Assembly (NCBI GenBank): GCA_041662545.1
Contig: JBAZSH010000004.1
Span: 1,803 to 65,802 of the forward strand
Direction: 5' to 3'
Source of the DNA: Minisyncoccota bacterium
Lineage (GTDB): Bacteria > Patescibacteriota > Minisyncoccia > Phycocordibacterales > DSPV01
Length of the DNA stretch: 64,000 bases
Position numbers and translations under genes: made by a program. Shown here piece by piece: positions 55,911-64,000 of the stretch (positions are counted from its first letter, which is position 1; each line of letters begins with the position of its first letter). The notes beneath the pieces were generated by a model that ran no database searches, had not been told where the DNA came from, and was given only the letters and a program-made list of their open reading frames with translations.

Positions 55911-57286
55911 AACATTTTTATTGCTTTGTCAAGACGAGCCAAGGATTCTTCTTTGCCAAAGATTTCCAATAAAGTAAACGGGTCAGGCGATTTTTCCAAA
56001 CCAGACAAAGCCACCCGCAAAGGCCATAGAACCTCCCCTTTCCCCTCTTTTTCCGCCAGTGTCATCAATTCTGTAAGGTTGAACCTTAAGGTTGAACCTT
56101 GCGCTGCCAGAATTTCCCGCGCCCGCCCAAGGCGGGCGCGCGTTTTTCCCTCATCTTTATCTTTCTTCCACAAAAGTAGTTCCTTGGGGTATTCCGGCAT
56201 TTGGAAAAAATATGCCAGCTCTCCCCTTTCCGCCATAATTTTGATGTCGCTAAATTTACTAATTCGTTCCAACACCAATGGCGCGATTTTTTCCAAAATC
56301 TTTTCTGTTTCTGTGTCTTCCCCCAATCCCAAAACTTCTTTGATTTTTTTGATAATTGGTAATTGGTAATTAGGCATTTTCTTGATGTGTTCCCTATTCA
56401 TCCAATCCAATTTTTCCACATCAAAAATCGCGCCACTCTGCTGAACTTTTGCCAAATCAAAATTTTCTATCAATTCTTTCACAGAAAAAATCTCTTGCTC
56501 ATTGCCCGGATTCCAACCAAGCAAAGCCAAATAATTTATCAATGCTTCGGGCAAATATTCTTGCTGCCGATAAAAAGCCACCGAGACGCTTTCGCCGTGT
56601 TTCCGTTTGGAAAGTTTAGAACGATCCGGCGCGAGTATTAGTGGAATGTGAGCGTAAAACGGCTGCTTGCCCGCCGATGAGGCGGGCTCGCCATCTCCCA
56701 GCGCCCGCCAAATCAGAATTTGGCGGGGCGTATTAGAAATATGGTCCTCGCCGCGAATAATGTGCGTGATTCCCATTTCCCTATCATCCACCACATTGGC
56801 AAAATGAAAAATCGGCTCGTCCAAACTTTTGGCAATTACAAAATCGCCAAGCTCTTTGGTGTCAAAAGCAATCTCGCCTTTTATCAAATCGTTGAAAACA
56901 ATTTTTTGGCCGGGATTTTTGAAACGAATCACTTCATCGCGCTTCCCCTCCCCGCCCTCTTCTTTGGACACATAGGCCACGCCGGAATCCAAAAGTTGTC
57001 GCAAATATTTTTTATAAATCTCCAGCCGATCCGACTGGCGAAAAAATTCATCATGCTCAATCCCCAACCATTCCAAATTTTCCAAAATATCTTTTTCGTA
57101 TTCCGGCTTACCGCGTTCTTTGTCGGTATCTTCCACCCGCAAAATAAACTTCCCACCGTGTTTGCGGACAAACAAAAAATTAAACAATGCTGTTCGCGCG
57201 CCACCCAAATGTAGCCACCCCGTCGGTGACGGCGCGAAGCGCGCCCTTACTTCTTTTTCTCCTTTCTCCATTTTTTTCTCCATCAT
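55907..57286 (-). CDS. gltX: glutamyl-tRNA synthetase. It carries an in-frame REP-like tandem encoding GSTLRFNLT.
   Basis: RFAPSPTGWLHLGGARTALFNF is a HIGH-class motif, and LSKRKHG is KMSKS-like. Confidence 0.85.
   Translation of the reverse strand: MMEKKMEKGEKEVRARFAPSPTGWLHLGGARTALFNFLFVRKHGGKFILRVEDTDKERGKPEYEKDILENLEWLGIEHDEFFRQSDRLEIYKKYLRQLLDSGVAYVSKEEGGEGKRDEVIRFKNPGQKIVFNDLIKGEIAFDTKELGDFVIAKSLDEPIFHFANVVDDREMGITHIIRGEDHISNTPRQILIWRALGDGEPASSAGKQPFYAHIPLILAPDRSKLSKRKHGESVSVAFYRQQEYLPEALINYLALLGWNPGNEQEIFSVKELIENFDLAKVQQSGAIFDVEKLDWMNREHIKKMPNYQLPIIKKIKEVLGLGEDTETEKILEKIAPLVLERISKFSDIKIMAERGELAYFFQMPEYPKELLLWKKDKDEGKTRARLGRAREILAAQGSTLRFNLTELMTLAEKEGKGEVLWPLRVALSGLEKSPDPFTLLEIFGKEESLARLDKAIKML
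56075..56100. repeat. in-frame REP-like tandem in gltX
   Basis: AAGGTTGAACCTT AAGGTTGAACCTT. Confidence 0.8.
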
Positions 57287-57305
57287 TGCCCCATTTTAGC
57301 ACAAA

Positions 57306-58049
57306 TCAGCTTTTAACAGGTTTTGTCTTGATTTCGCAGGTCAAACCTGCGAAATTGTCATCTTTTTCAATATCGGCTCTTCCTAAAATAAAATCTTTCG
57401 CAAAATTCTTAAAATCTTTTGGCGAAGAAAAAACCTCGCCTAGCAACCCTTTTTCTAAAATTAGTGAATATTCTCTATTGCCAGTATAATCAGCCAAACT
57501 ACAAAAAGGATAATTTATTGCCCACCGAAAGGCGTCTTCAAAATTATCACGGGCATTTTTTAAACCTCCTGGATATAACTCCATTGGATTTTTAACCATA
57601 ATATAAACCGCCAGATAACGAAAATATTTGTCATCTTGGATAGTTCTTGCTTTATATGAACCTTGAAAAATACTTCCTGCTTCGCCATATTTCAGATTAA
57701 AATGACCAGTCATACTATTGCCGAGCTTTTGCATAAACTTTGCTATCCCACCATTGATAGTTTCTTTAGCTAATATATGAAAATGATTAGGCATTAATGT
57801 GTAAGAAAGGATGGATGTTAGAGGCTTCTGTTTTGGCCAATTAATTGGTCGATCAAATATCTTCGCACCCCTTTTTACATTTTCCTCAAGTTCTTCTTCC
57901 CAACGCTCAGAAATATATTCATCATTTAAATGACGAAGAATTTTTAAAAAACGCCAATGATCACTCTCGTCTTTTACAATCGGCAATTTTTTGGCACCTC
58001 TTTTTAAAATGTGAACATAATTTCCAACTGTGAATGGTTCTTTTCGCAT
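57306..58049 (-). mobile_element. REP-associated tyrosine transposase (RAYT)-like IS200-family HUH transposase, flanked by REP/REPIN hairpins
   Basis: YTLMPNHFHILAKE is the HuH motif and YLAVYIMVKNP is the catalytic Tyr-x4-NP motif. The length is 247 aa. A REP singlet overlaps the 3' end (57331-57355) and a REPIN doublet sits at 58078-58126 just upstream. Confidence 0.6.
57331..57355. repeat. REP-like palindrome ATTTCGCAGGTCAAACCTGCGAAAT. It encodes the RAYT C-terminus.
   Basis: It is a perfect palindrome apart from the CAAA centre. Confidence 0.8.
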
Positions 58050-58077
58050 AAAAAATGTACTTATATTATCTCGCCTA

Positions 58078-58126
58078 TTTCTGCGCAGGTCAAACCTGCG
58101 AAATTCGCAGGTTTGACCTGCGCAGA
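58078..58126. repeat. REPIN-like doublet, a 49-bp perfect palindrome made of two inverted REPs
   Basis: TTCTGCGCAGGTCAAACCTGCGAA|ATTCGCAGGTTTGACCTGCGCAGAA. Confidence 0.85.
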
Positions 58127-58146
58127 ATGCAGATTTGCTAAATTAG

Positions 58147-58578
58147 CTATTTCTTGAACTTGGAGATCTGGGCATCTGCCTGCCGAAATTTTTGCCAAGA
58201 TTTTTCTAACCGAAACATTTTACCGCGCACATCCATATAACGCCGAGACAGGTCTTCAATCAAGTCCGAAGAAAGTTTTGCCCCATAAATGCCGGCCACC
58301 TGCTCAAGATAGACGATCATTTTATTACAACCAAGCATAGCTTTTTCAAGTGTAACAACCGCCACCTTGAAATCCGAAAAACGCATACCGTGCGACTCGG
58401 CGATAAAAAGCGGAATTGAGAGAGCGCAATTGGTCATCCCTTCCAGTAAATCGTATTTAAGTTTTACCAACTCTGGCCTAATATCTTTGTAAAAAATCAC
58501 CGCGCCTTCAAGCGTCTTTTGATACACCTCTAAATCGCGAAAACTGCGAATTGGTTTTTTGGGTTTAAAAGTGTACAT
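58147..58578 (-). CDS. four-helix-bundle protein (23S rRNA intervening-sequence protein family)
   Basis: FRDLEVYQKTLEGA... matches the typical LEVWQ-type N-terminus. The length is 143 aa. Confidence 0.55.
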   Translation of the reverse strand: MYTFKPKKPIRSFRDLEVYQKTLEGAVIFYKDIRPELVKLKYDLLEGMTNCALSIPLFIAESHGMRFSDFKVAVVTLEKAMLGCNKMIVYLEQVAGIYGAKLSSDLIEDLSRRYMDVRGKMFRLEKSWQKFRQADAQISKFKK

Positions 58579-58587
58579 TTTATTAAT

Positions 58588-59853
58588 CTACACGATAATC
58601 GCTTTCCTCTCAATATTCTCTCTCGGCACCTCTACTTTTAAACCATCTTTAAATCTTACGAATCTTTTCTTTTTTCCACTTAATTTTTTCACCACATGGA
58701 GCGGATAAAATTCAAAATAATCTTTTTCGTCAAACCAACCGCATTTAAATTCAAAAAGTCGCAATCCAGTCAACCGACTCATCGCCATAGCATACCAGGT
58801 CAATTGCTCAATCGGCTGTTCTTTGGCGGCATTTGGTTTGTAATCCAGCAAATGAACGCAACCGTTACGAATCTGTATAAAGTCAATATGACCAGTCAAT
58901 AATTTCGGCATCGGGACCGGCCGTCCCGATGCCGATTTTGACTTGACTCCTGTGGTATTATTTCTTTTTAGTTCGATTAATCCATTATCAGTCACTTTAA
59001 ACTTCAACACATTTTCCATATGCTCCACATCTTCGCGCCGAATATATACCGGCACTTCAGTGGCGACAGTACAAGAATCATTGGCAATAAAAAATCTTTG
59101 CAATTCTTCATGCCGCGCTTTATTCTCCGTAACCGCTTTCAAAACAAAATTGGCAAGCAGATTGGCAAAATTTTCTTTGCTTCTAACAATCATATCGGCT
59201 TTGTCAAATTTGCTTTTTATTTCCGACATCCGCGCCCCTTCTTGGAAATATTGATGCGGGGTTTCCGAGGAAACGCTGTCAAGATATTCTTTTAGTGGCT
59301 TCAAATTCCGATTCCTAAATTCCTCCAACATCAAATAGGTTTTTGCCCTGTGATAACGAAATCGGTAAAGTTGGCGATGCGCCATTGTTACCACCTCAAC
59401 CGTCTCCTCTGGTTTACAATACTTAACCGCCCACGGCCGTAATCTTTCATAACGGCAAAGTGGCTTGTATTCCTCTATCCACCCAGAAAGCGTTTGCGGG
59501 TCCGGCGCCGAACCAAATTTTTTCTTTACCAAGGCGCAAGCGTATTCAAGAGTAAAGCCGAGATTGTAATAGCTCATACTATCAATAATTATTCTCAGTG
59601 GAAATTTTTTACCTTTGATATCTCGCGCCGTAAATGTCCGACCGCAAACGGGATTACGGCAAAGATATAATTGCGCTTCGCCAAATTTATTTTTTCTTAC
59701 GCCTCTTTTTACAAAATCCACGGACTCACAATAAGGACAAAATTCAGCAGGTTTTTGAACAATTATTTCCGTATCACGCGTAGATTTTACCGCCGTATCA
59801 CGACTTTCTTGAGTTTTTGCCACTAACCCCGTCATTCGTGATATTTTTTTCAT
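58588..59853 (-). CDS. hypothetical protein with an N-terminal transposase-type C4 zinc ribbon and a C-terminal PD-(D/E)xK-like nuclease motif
   Basis: The zinc ribbon is CPYCES...GEAQLYLCRNPVCGRTFTARD. The C-terminal motif is HIDFIQIRNGCVHLLDYKP (a D...D.K pattern). Confidence 0.35.
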   Translation of the reverse strand: MKKISRMTGLVAKTQESRDTAVKSTRDTEIIVQKPAEFCPYCESVDFVKRGVRKNKFGEAQLYLCRNPVCGRTFTARDIKGKKFPLRIIIDSMSYYNLGFTLEYACALVKKKFGSAPDPQTLSGWIEEYKPLCRYERLRPWAVKYCKPEETVEVVTMAHRQLYRFRYHRAKTYLMLEEFRNRNLKPLKEYLDSVSSETPHQYFQEGARMSEIKSKFDKADMIVRSKENFANLLANFVLKAVTENKARHEELQRFFIANDSCTVATEVPVYIRREDVEHMENVLKFKVTDNGLIELKRNNTTGVKSKSASGRPVPMPKLLTGHIDFIQIRNGCVHLLDYKPNAAKEQPIEQLTWYAMAMSRLTGLRLFEFKCGWFDEKDYFEFYPLHVVKKLSGKKKRFVRFKDGLKVEVPRENIERKAIIV

Positions 59854-59868
59854 TATTTTTTCATCAAA

Positions 59869-62800
59869 TTATTCTATTATTGGAGGTGTCGTGGACGCCA
59901 CATCAGGAGTGGTCGTAGCTGTCTCCACCGGAATTTCTATCGTTGGTGGCGGTTCTATTGGTGGAATAATTGGCGGAGTAGTCGTCCCCGTGCCTGATGT
60001 TGTCGTGGCTCCTGCGGTATCGGTCCCGGAACCCACATTCACCACCCGCGTGCTCGTCGCCGTTAAATTATTATTATCCGTCGCCGAGTAATCAATGGTG
60101 TATGAAGTGCTGGTGGAAGTGTCCAGAGAAATCGTGCTTACTTGCGCGCCATTCACAAAGTAATGCACGCTCAAATCAAGTCCATTGCTGTCTCGGGCAA
60201 TCACCCCCAAATCAACATAGGTCGCCCCAACAGAAATTTCGGCTGGATTGTTTCCTTGAATCAAAATCGTCGGGACACCAACCACCCCTTCATCCACTCC
60301 TTGATAAGGAGGGGTGCCGTCAGGCGGGGTGATGCCCCCGCCCGCCTGCACCAACATCGCTTTCAGTTGGTCTTTACTAACACAAACATCATCAACACAC
60401 AGCTGATTTTCCACCCGCACAGTGCCCACAACCAGATTAGCGATCCGTGTAAGGGTTTGACTGATGGCCACTCCCCAATCGGCAAATTTCGCTAAAATCG
60501 CCTCCGTAACCCGCGAGATAAAACTTTGGTCAGCAATAACATTGGCCGTGCTACTGGCGATAATTTGGTCAATGCTTGTTGAAGCAAAAGCTCGGGCAAG
60601 CTCGGCAGTGGAACTAGCAATTTCATTTATCCGTGTGTTCAGTTCCTGCACCCCCTTAATCACCTTCCACGAACTAACCTCCGACACGCCGTAATATCCA
60701 TCCGAACCCATTGAAACCAAATCATCATAACCAGCGGCAAGAAGTTCTTGCGCGACTACACCAGTTTTCTTGTCTCCAGAAGCGATAACTTTGTAATCTT
60801 TAATAGGCAAACCCAAGAGGTATGGTAATTCAGGCATAGCGGCAACGATGTCGGTCTTTAATCTAGCGTCTGATGAGCAGGTTGGCGTCACTCCGCCCGA
60901 CTCGGGATTCCAGGTGCAGTTGCCGTCGGTGTCAAGAAGTTGGAACATATCTCCATCACTAGTATACTCAACTGACAATTTGTAAAGGGGACTCGTCGTC
61001 CCGATGCCGACGTTGCCGGAATCCAGTAACTTAAATAAGACCGACGTCCCAGCCCCATTCCAAATTTCGTAATTCTCGCCCGTGGCAGGCAGGTATGTTT
61101 GAAGCGTGTCATCGGGTGTTATCCTAAAAATTGTCGATAAGCCACCTGCTGCCCTACGCGCTTTATATCCAGAATTGTTTCCAATGATTATAGACCCGCC
61201 AACAATTTCAAGCTTGTCGCCTGGCCCATTCGTTCCAATGCCGATGTTGCCGGTTGTTGCTTGGACTACGACAGCACTTGCAACACCCGCAGTATTTAAT
61301 TTCAAATCTCCAGTCAGAGCACTACTTCCGACAGTTACATTTTCCGAAGCATCAGCCCCTAGAACATTTCGTGCCGCTCCAGCCACGTTTTGGACTTGAT
61401 AATAGAAGGCGTTATCTATTTGAATATTTCCAACAGCCACATCCAGTTTTGCCTGTGGGTCCGTCGTCCCGATGCCGACGTTGCCGCCGTTTGGTGCTAA
61501 CAAAGTTTGTCCACTAATGTTGTCAACTTGAAATCTTGATGTTGTTTGGTCAGCACTAGTAATAATAAAACCTTGAGTTCCTACACCACCACCCGTGTTT
61601 GTTGTCGGATAAAGATATAGAAACTCATTAGCATTTAGACCAAAATTCCAATTTCCCCTGTTCCCGACAGTATCGCTAATTCTTAACGCACTGGTTGCAC
61701 CACTGACAGTTGCCGTAACTTGTAATTTAGACGCTGGACTCGTCGTCCCGATGCCGACGTTGCCGCTTGCCGTAGCGAAATATGCCGAACCAGTGGAACC
61801 AATCTGCGTGGTGGAAGCATTACCAAAAGTCTGTAAAGCAGTCCAAACATTTGCGTTTGCCATATTCAAATCAAGAGCCGACGAACCACCGAGAGAGATT
61901 GGTGAGGTGCCGACGGTAACGCTTCCGCTACTTGTCAGACCGATGGTGGAGTTGGCAAGGTAGGAATTGATGACGGAACTAGCGGGCAAGATGACGCCTC
62001 CCGAAATTGTCAGACCGTTGGTGCTGGAGAGACCAGCTGTCGCCACTCCGCCGGCGAAAGTTGAGGTAGCAGTGGAGGTAGAGGTAATCTTGGAAACCTC
62101 CAGACCATTCCAGAAGGAAGCGAATCGGGAAAGAATATCGCCTGCGAATGTTGTTGTCCCCGTGCCGGTGTAAGTGGTATTGCCCGCGACCGACAGATTG
62201 CCCGAAAGCGTAGCGTCGCCGAGGTAAGTATTATGAGCGACGATACCATTGCCAATAAAGTTATGCGTCCCTTCCACTTCTATGTCATAGACCTGCTCGG
62301 CGGGCAGTTTTTCTATCTTTACGATTTTATCCCAACGAGTAGTGTCTCTTTGTCCTTCAATAGCGATTTCCTGACCTTCTTTAATATCTATCACCTTGCG
62401 CCACATACCGTTTTTGCTGTCCACAGGGGGAGCGCTTGACAAGTAACCTCTATGGGTATAAGCTACAGGCACTATCCCCGAGGCGGAGACGTTCGTAGTC
62501 TCCGCCTCATTGTTTTTATCACTGGCGCCAACATACTCCACCAAATGACGCACAGAATTGAGGTGTATAAATTTAGAACCAAATAAACTGCGTAAATCCC
62601 CGGCGGAACTTTCTGTTGTGCTTACGAGTCGGACTGATTGTTTTTTCTCAAGCAAGTGCTTCAATACATCGTAATAATCTCCGTCACCAGTCATTACTAT
62701 CGCGGCATCATATTCGCCAATCCGACGCATCATCTCAAAAGTCATGGCGGAATCAACATCCGCTTTCGCCTCGCGTCTCGCAATGAGACGAGTTAGTACA

Positions 62801-64000
62801 AGAACCAACTCATATCCAACACGGAGTAAGGTGTCATACAAATTCGCCCTTTTCTTATTGTGAGTAGTACCACAAAAGAAAAACACACGAGAGACCCCAT
62901 AGCGACTAGTCAGATATGTATAAAGTTTTTCATAATCAACCTCCCACCCCTCACGCAAGGTAGCGTGATAAACATTGGAAGCGTCAATAAAAGCAAAAAC
63001 ACGACTATGGCTATTAACCATTGACGTGTTTTTGTCAGAGTTAAATACATTACCATCGTTGGCACATGTGATTCTCTTTAGAGAATTGATGGATGTATTT
63101 CGATTAAGTTGTCCTCCAACCCCTGTATTGGAGTGAGCGAGGGCTTGGTGCCATACCTCGCTAGCTGGCTTTATTTTATCAAAAGCAATATTTTTTGACA
63201 ACACAAAATACGGATGCTCAGCTGTGGTGCGAATGGTTTTGCCACTGGAGGTAGTAAGTTTGAAAATCGGTCTTGTTCCCATCTCCATCATAACTTTGAC
63301 TTTGCGATAAACAATTTTGCCTGTAGTTTCGTCTAAAGTTGCGATTTCGTCGCCTGGTTGAATATCCTTAATGGCGACTTCATCGTAGATGAAGTCGGAT
63401 TCCTCAAGGTCAGACCTTTCTTTAGATCCAAGGTCTGACCTTTTCCCTCCGACTTTCCCTTTCTTACGCCGTCTGCGGCGAAGTTTCGTATCTCCCGTCA
63501 CACAATGACCCATTAGATTGGTAATACCTGAAATCAATGCTCCGCCTTGAACGGCGAAGTCCGTCCCCGGCGTGCTCGTCCCCACCCCCACCTTGCCGTT
63601 AGAATCAATAATAAAAGCGGTGGAGGTGGCGGAGGCGGTGGAAGAAGAAATTGTGAACAAAGGCGTAGTGCCGAGTGAAGCGCCGGCCACCGAAAACCGA
63701 GCCCAAGGGGAAGTCGTCCCGATACCGATATTGCCTGCTGTTTCCACGCCAGAAACTGCCGAGCCGTTATACATTCCCGTCCCATACAAAACATTGCCGA
63801 TATTTAGTTGTTGCGAGCCGGTGTTGGATGGCAAGTCCACATTTTGACCAATGGCGATATTATATGCTCCGGTAGTTAGAGAAAATCCAGATTGATAACC
63901 CAAGAGAGTATTGTAATCGCTTCCAGTAGACGCAGAATATCCAGATTGATAACCGATATAAGTGCCACCTTGATTGTTGTAATTCGCAGTACCAGCTCCA
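59869..64000 (-). CDS. giant tail-fibre-like surface protein (more than 1376 aa; the 5' end lies beyond the window). It has GIGTTSP repeat modules, an S74 intramolecular-chaperone domain and an inserted intein.
   Basis: Repeats include NVGIGTTSP, NIGIGTN and GKVGVGTST. GVVAQELLAAGYDDLVSMGSDGYYGVSEV..IKGVQEL resembles the endosialidase chaperone domain. The reading frame stays open upstream of the TTG at 63903. Confidence 0.65.
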   Translation of the reverse strand, partial: GAGTANYNNQGGTYIGYQSGYSASTGSDYNTLLGYQSGFSLTTGAYNIAIGQNVDLPSNTGSQQLNIGNVLYGTGMYNGSAVSGVETAGNIGIGTTSPWARFSVAGASLGTTPLFTISSSTASATSTAFIIDSNGKVGVGTSTPGTDFAVQGGALISGITNLMGHCVTGDTKLRRRRRKKGKVGGKRSDLGSKERSDLEESDFIYDEVAIKDIQPGDEIATLDETTGKIVYRKVKVMMEMGTRPIFKLTTSSGKTIRTTAEHPYFVLSKNIAFDKIKPASEVWHQALAHSNTGVGGQLNRNTSINSLKRITCANDGNVFNSDKNTSMVNSHSRVFAFIDASNVYHATLREGWEVDYEKLYTYLTSRYGVSRVFFFCGTTHNKKRANLYDTLLRVGYELVLVLTRLIARREAKADVDSAMTFEMMRRIGEYDAAIVMTGDGDYYDVLKHLLEKKQSVRLVSTTESSAGDLRSLFGSKFIHLNSVRHLVEYVGASDKNNEAETTNVSASGIVPVAYTHRGYLSSAPPVDSKNGMWRKVIDIKEGQEIAIEGQRDTTRWDKIVKIEKLPAEQVYDIEVEGTHNFIGNGIVAHNTYLGDATLSGNLSVAGNTTYTGTGTTTFAGDILSRFASFWNGLEVSKITSTSTATSTFAGGVATAGLSSTNGLTISGGVILPASSVINSYLANSTIGLTSSGSVTVGTSPISLGGSSALDLNMANANVWTALQTFGNASTTQIGSTGSAYFATASGNVGIGTTSPASKLQVTATVSGATSALRISDTVGNRGNWNFGLNANEFLYLYPTTNTGGGVGTQGFIITSADQTTSRFQVDNISGQTLLAPNGGNVGIGTTDPQAKLDVAVGNIQIDNAFYYQVQNVAGAARNVLGADASENVTVGSSALTGDLKLNTAGVASAVVVQATTGNIGIGTNGPGDKLEIVGGSIIIGNNSGYKARRAAGGLSTIFRITPDDTLQTYLPATGENYEIWNGAGTSVLFKLLDSGNVGIGTTSPLYKLSVEYTSDGDMFQLLDTDGNCTWNPESGGVTPTCSSDARLKTDIVAAMPELPYLLGLPIKDYKVIASGDKKTGVVAQELLAAGYDDLVSMGSDGYYGVSEVSSWKVIKGVQELNTRINEIASSTAELARAFASTSIDQIIASSTANVIADQSFISRVTEAILAKFADWGVAISQTLTRIANLVVGTVRVENQLCVDDVCVSKDQLKAMLVQAGGGITPPDGTPPYQGVDEGVVGVPTILIQGNNPAEISVGATYVDLGVIARDSNGLDLSVHYFVNGAQVSTISLDTSTSTSYTIDYSATDNNNLTATSTRVVNVGSGTDTAGATTTSGTGTTTPPIIPPIEPPPTIEIPVETATTTPDVASTTPPIIE
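62230..63504 (-). mobile_element. intein (425 aa) whose central domain is a NYN/PIN-like nuclease rather than a LAGLIDADG/HNH homing endonuclease
   Basis: The splicing blocks are present: block A CVTGDTKL after the extein ...NLMGH, block B TTAEHPYF, blocks F and G VYDIEVEGTHNFIGNGIVAHN, and a +1 Thr. The central domain is the NYN domain FIDASNVYH...FFFCGT...DVDSAMTFEMM...IVMTGDGDYYDV. Confidence 0.65.
63406..63443. repeat. in-frame REP-like inverted doublet inside the intein of the giant protein
   Basis: AAGGTCAGACCTT-tctttagatcc-AAGGTCTGACCTT encodes KRSDLGSKERSDLEE. Confidence 0.85.

Noticed and set aside
5841-63443. Possibility that the short palindromic doublets represent a CRISPR array
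   Set aside because: The copies are dispersed over 58 kb inside unrelated genes. They are inverted rather than direct repeats, with no regular spacer periodicity and no cas genes. They are REP/REPIN-like instead.

Overview
This 64-kb window looks like a streamlined, AT-rich bacterial chromosome of the Candidate Phyla Radiation / Patescibacteria (Parcubacteria-like) type, using standard code 11. Several lines of sequence evidence point that way: lamin-tail-domain surface proteins, a split transketolase, shortened aminoacyl-tRNA synthetases, VirB2-like pilin paralogs, giant secreted proteins and a minimal glycolysis/pentose-phosphate gene set. The core genes are dense and on both strands. They include typA (partial), rplU, recR, dnaB, cysS, gap-rpiB-rpe-tkt, fba, ileS, mreB, holB, rplY, rpmE-prfA, rpsB-tsf, pheST, lepA and gltX, plus five tRNAs (Ser-GCT, Thr-TGT, Gly-CCC, Arg-CCT, Phe-GAA).

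On top of this core sit several unusual layers:

1. A REP/REPIN-like palindromic element, consensus AAGGTYNRACCTT and usually present as inverted doublets, is inserted IN-FRAME into at least eight conserved genes: rpiB, both transketolase halves, ileS, a GT4 glycosyltransferase, pheT, gltX and an intein-containing giant protein. These insertions encode short RSDL/GQTL-type peptide loops, analogous to the Rickettsia palindromic elements.

2. A RAYT-like HUH (IS200-like) transposase gene is flanked by REPIN hairpins that share the AGGTCAAACCT core. This looks like a complete REPtron that probably drives the dispersed elements.

3. ileS carries an internal histidine-phosphatase (PGM-like) domain insertion.

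4. A tail-fiber-like giant protein contains a canonical intein whose homing-endonuclease slot is occupied by a NYN nuclease domain.

5. Two toxin-antitoxin cassettes are present, a HigB/HigA-like pair wedged between the transketolase halves and a DinJ/YafQ-like pair.

6. A T4SS-like locus contains three VirB2/TrbC-like pilin paralogs, a VirD4/TraG-like ATPase and a giant pilin-anchored multidomain protein.

7. There are several GC-rich islets with strong SD sites and a shared terminator style, some next to tRNAs. There is also a GC-rich untranslated region bracketed by terminators that may be a structured ncRNA, and a duplicated ~108-bp non-coding element.

8. A type IV pilin gene has its prepilin leader out of frame at an A8 homopolymer.

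9. An AT-rich pair next to tRNA-Phe (a CYTH-domain protein and a nucleoside-deoxyribosyltransferase-like protein) could be a nucleotide-targeting defence module.
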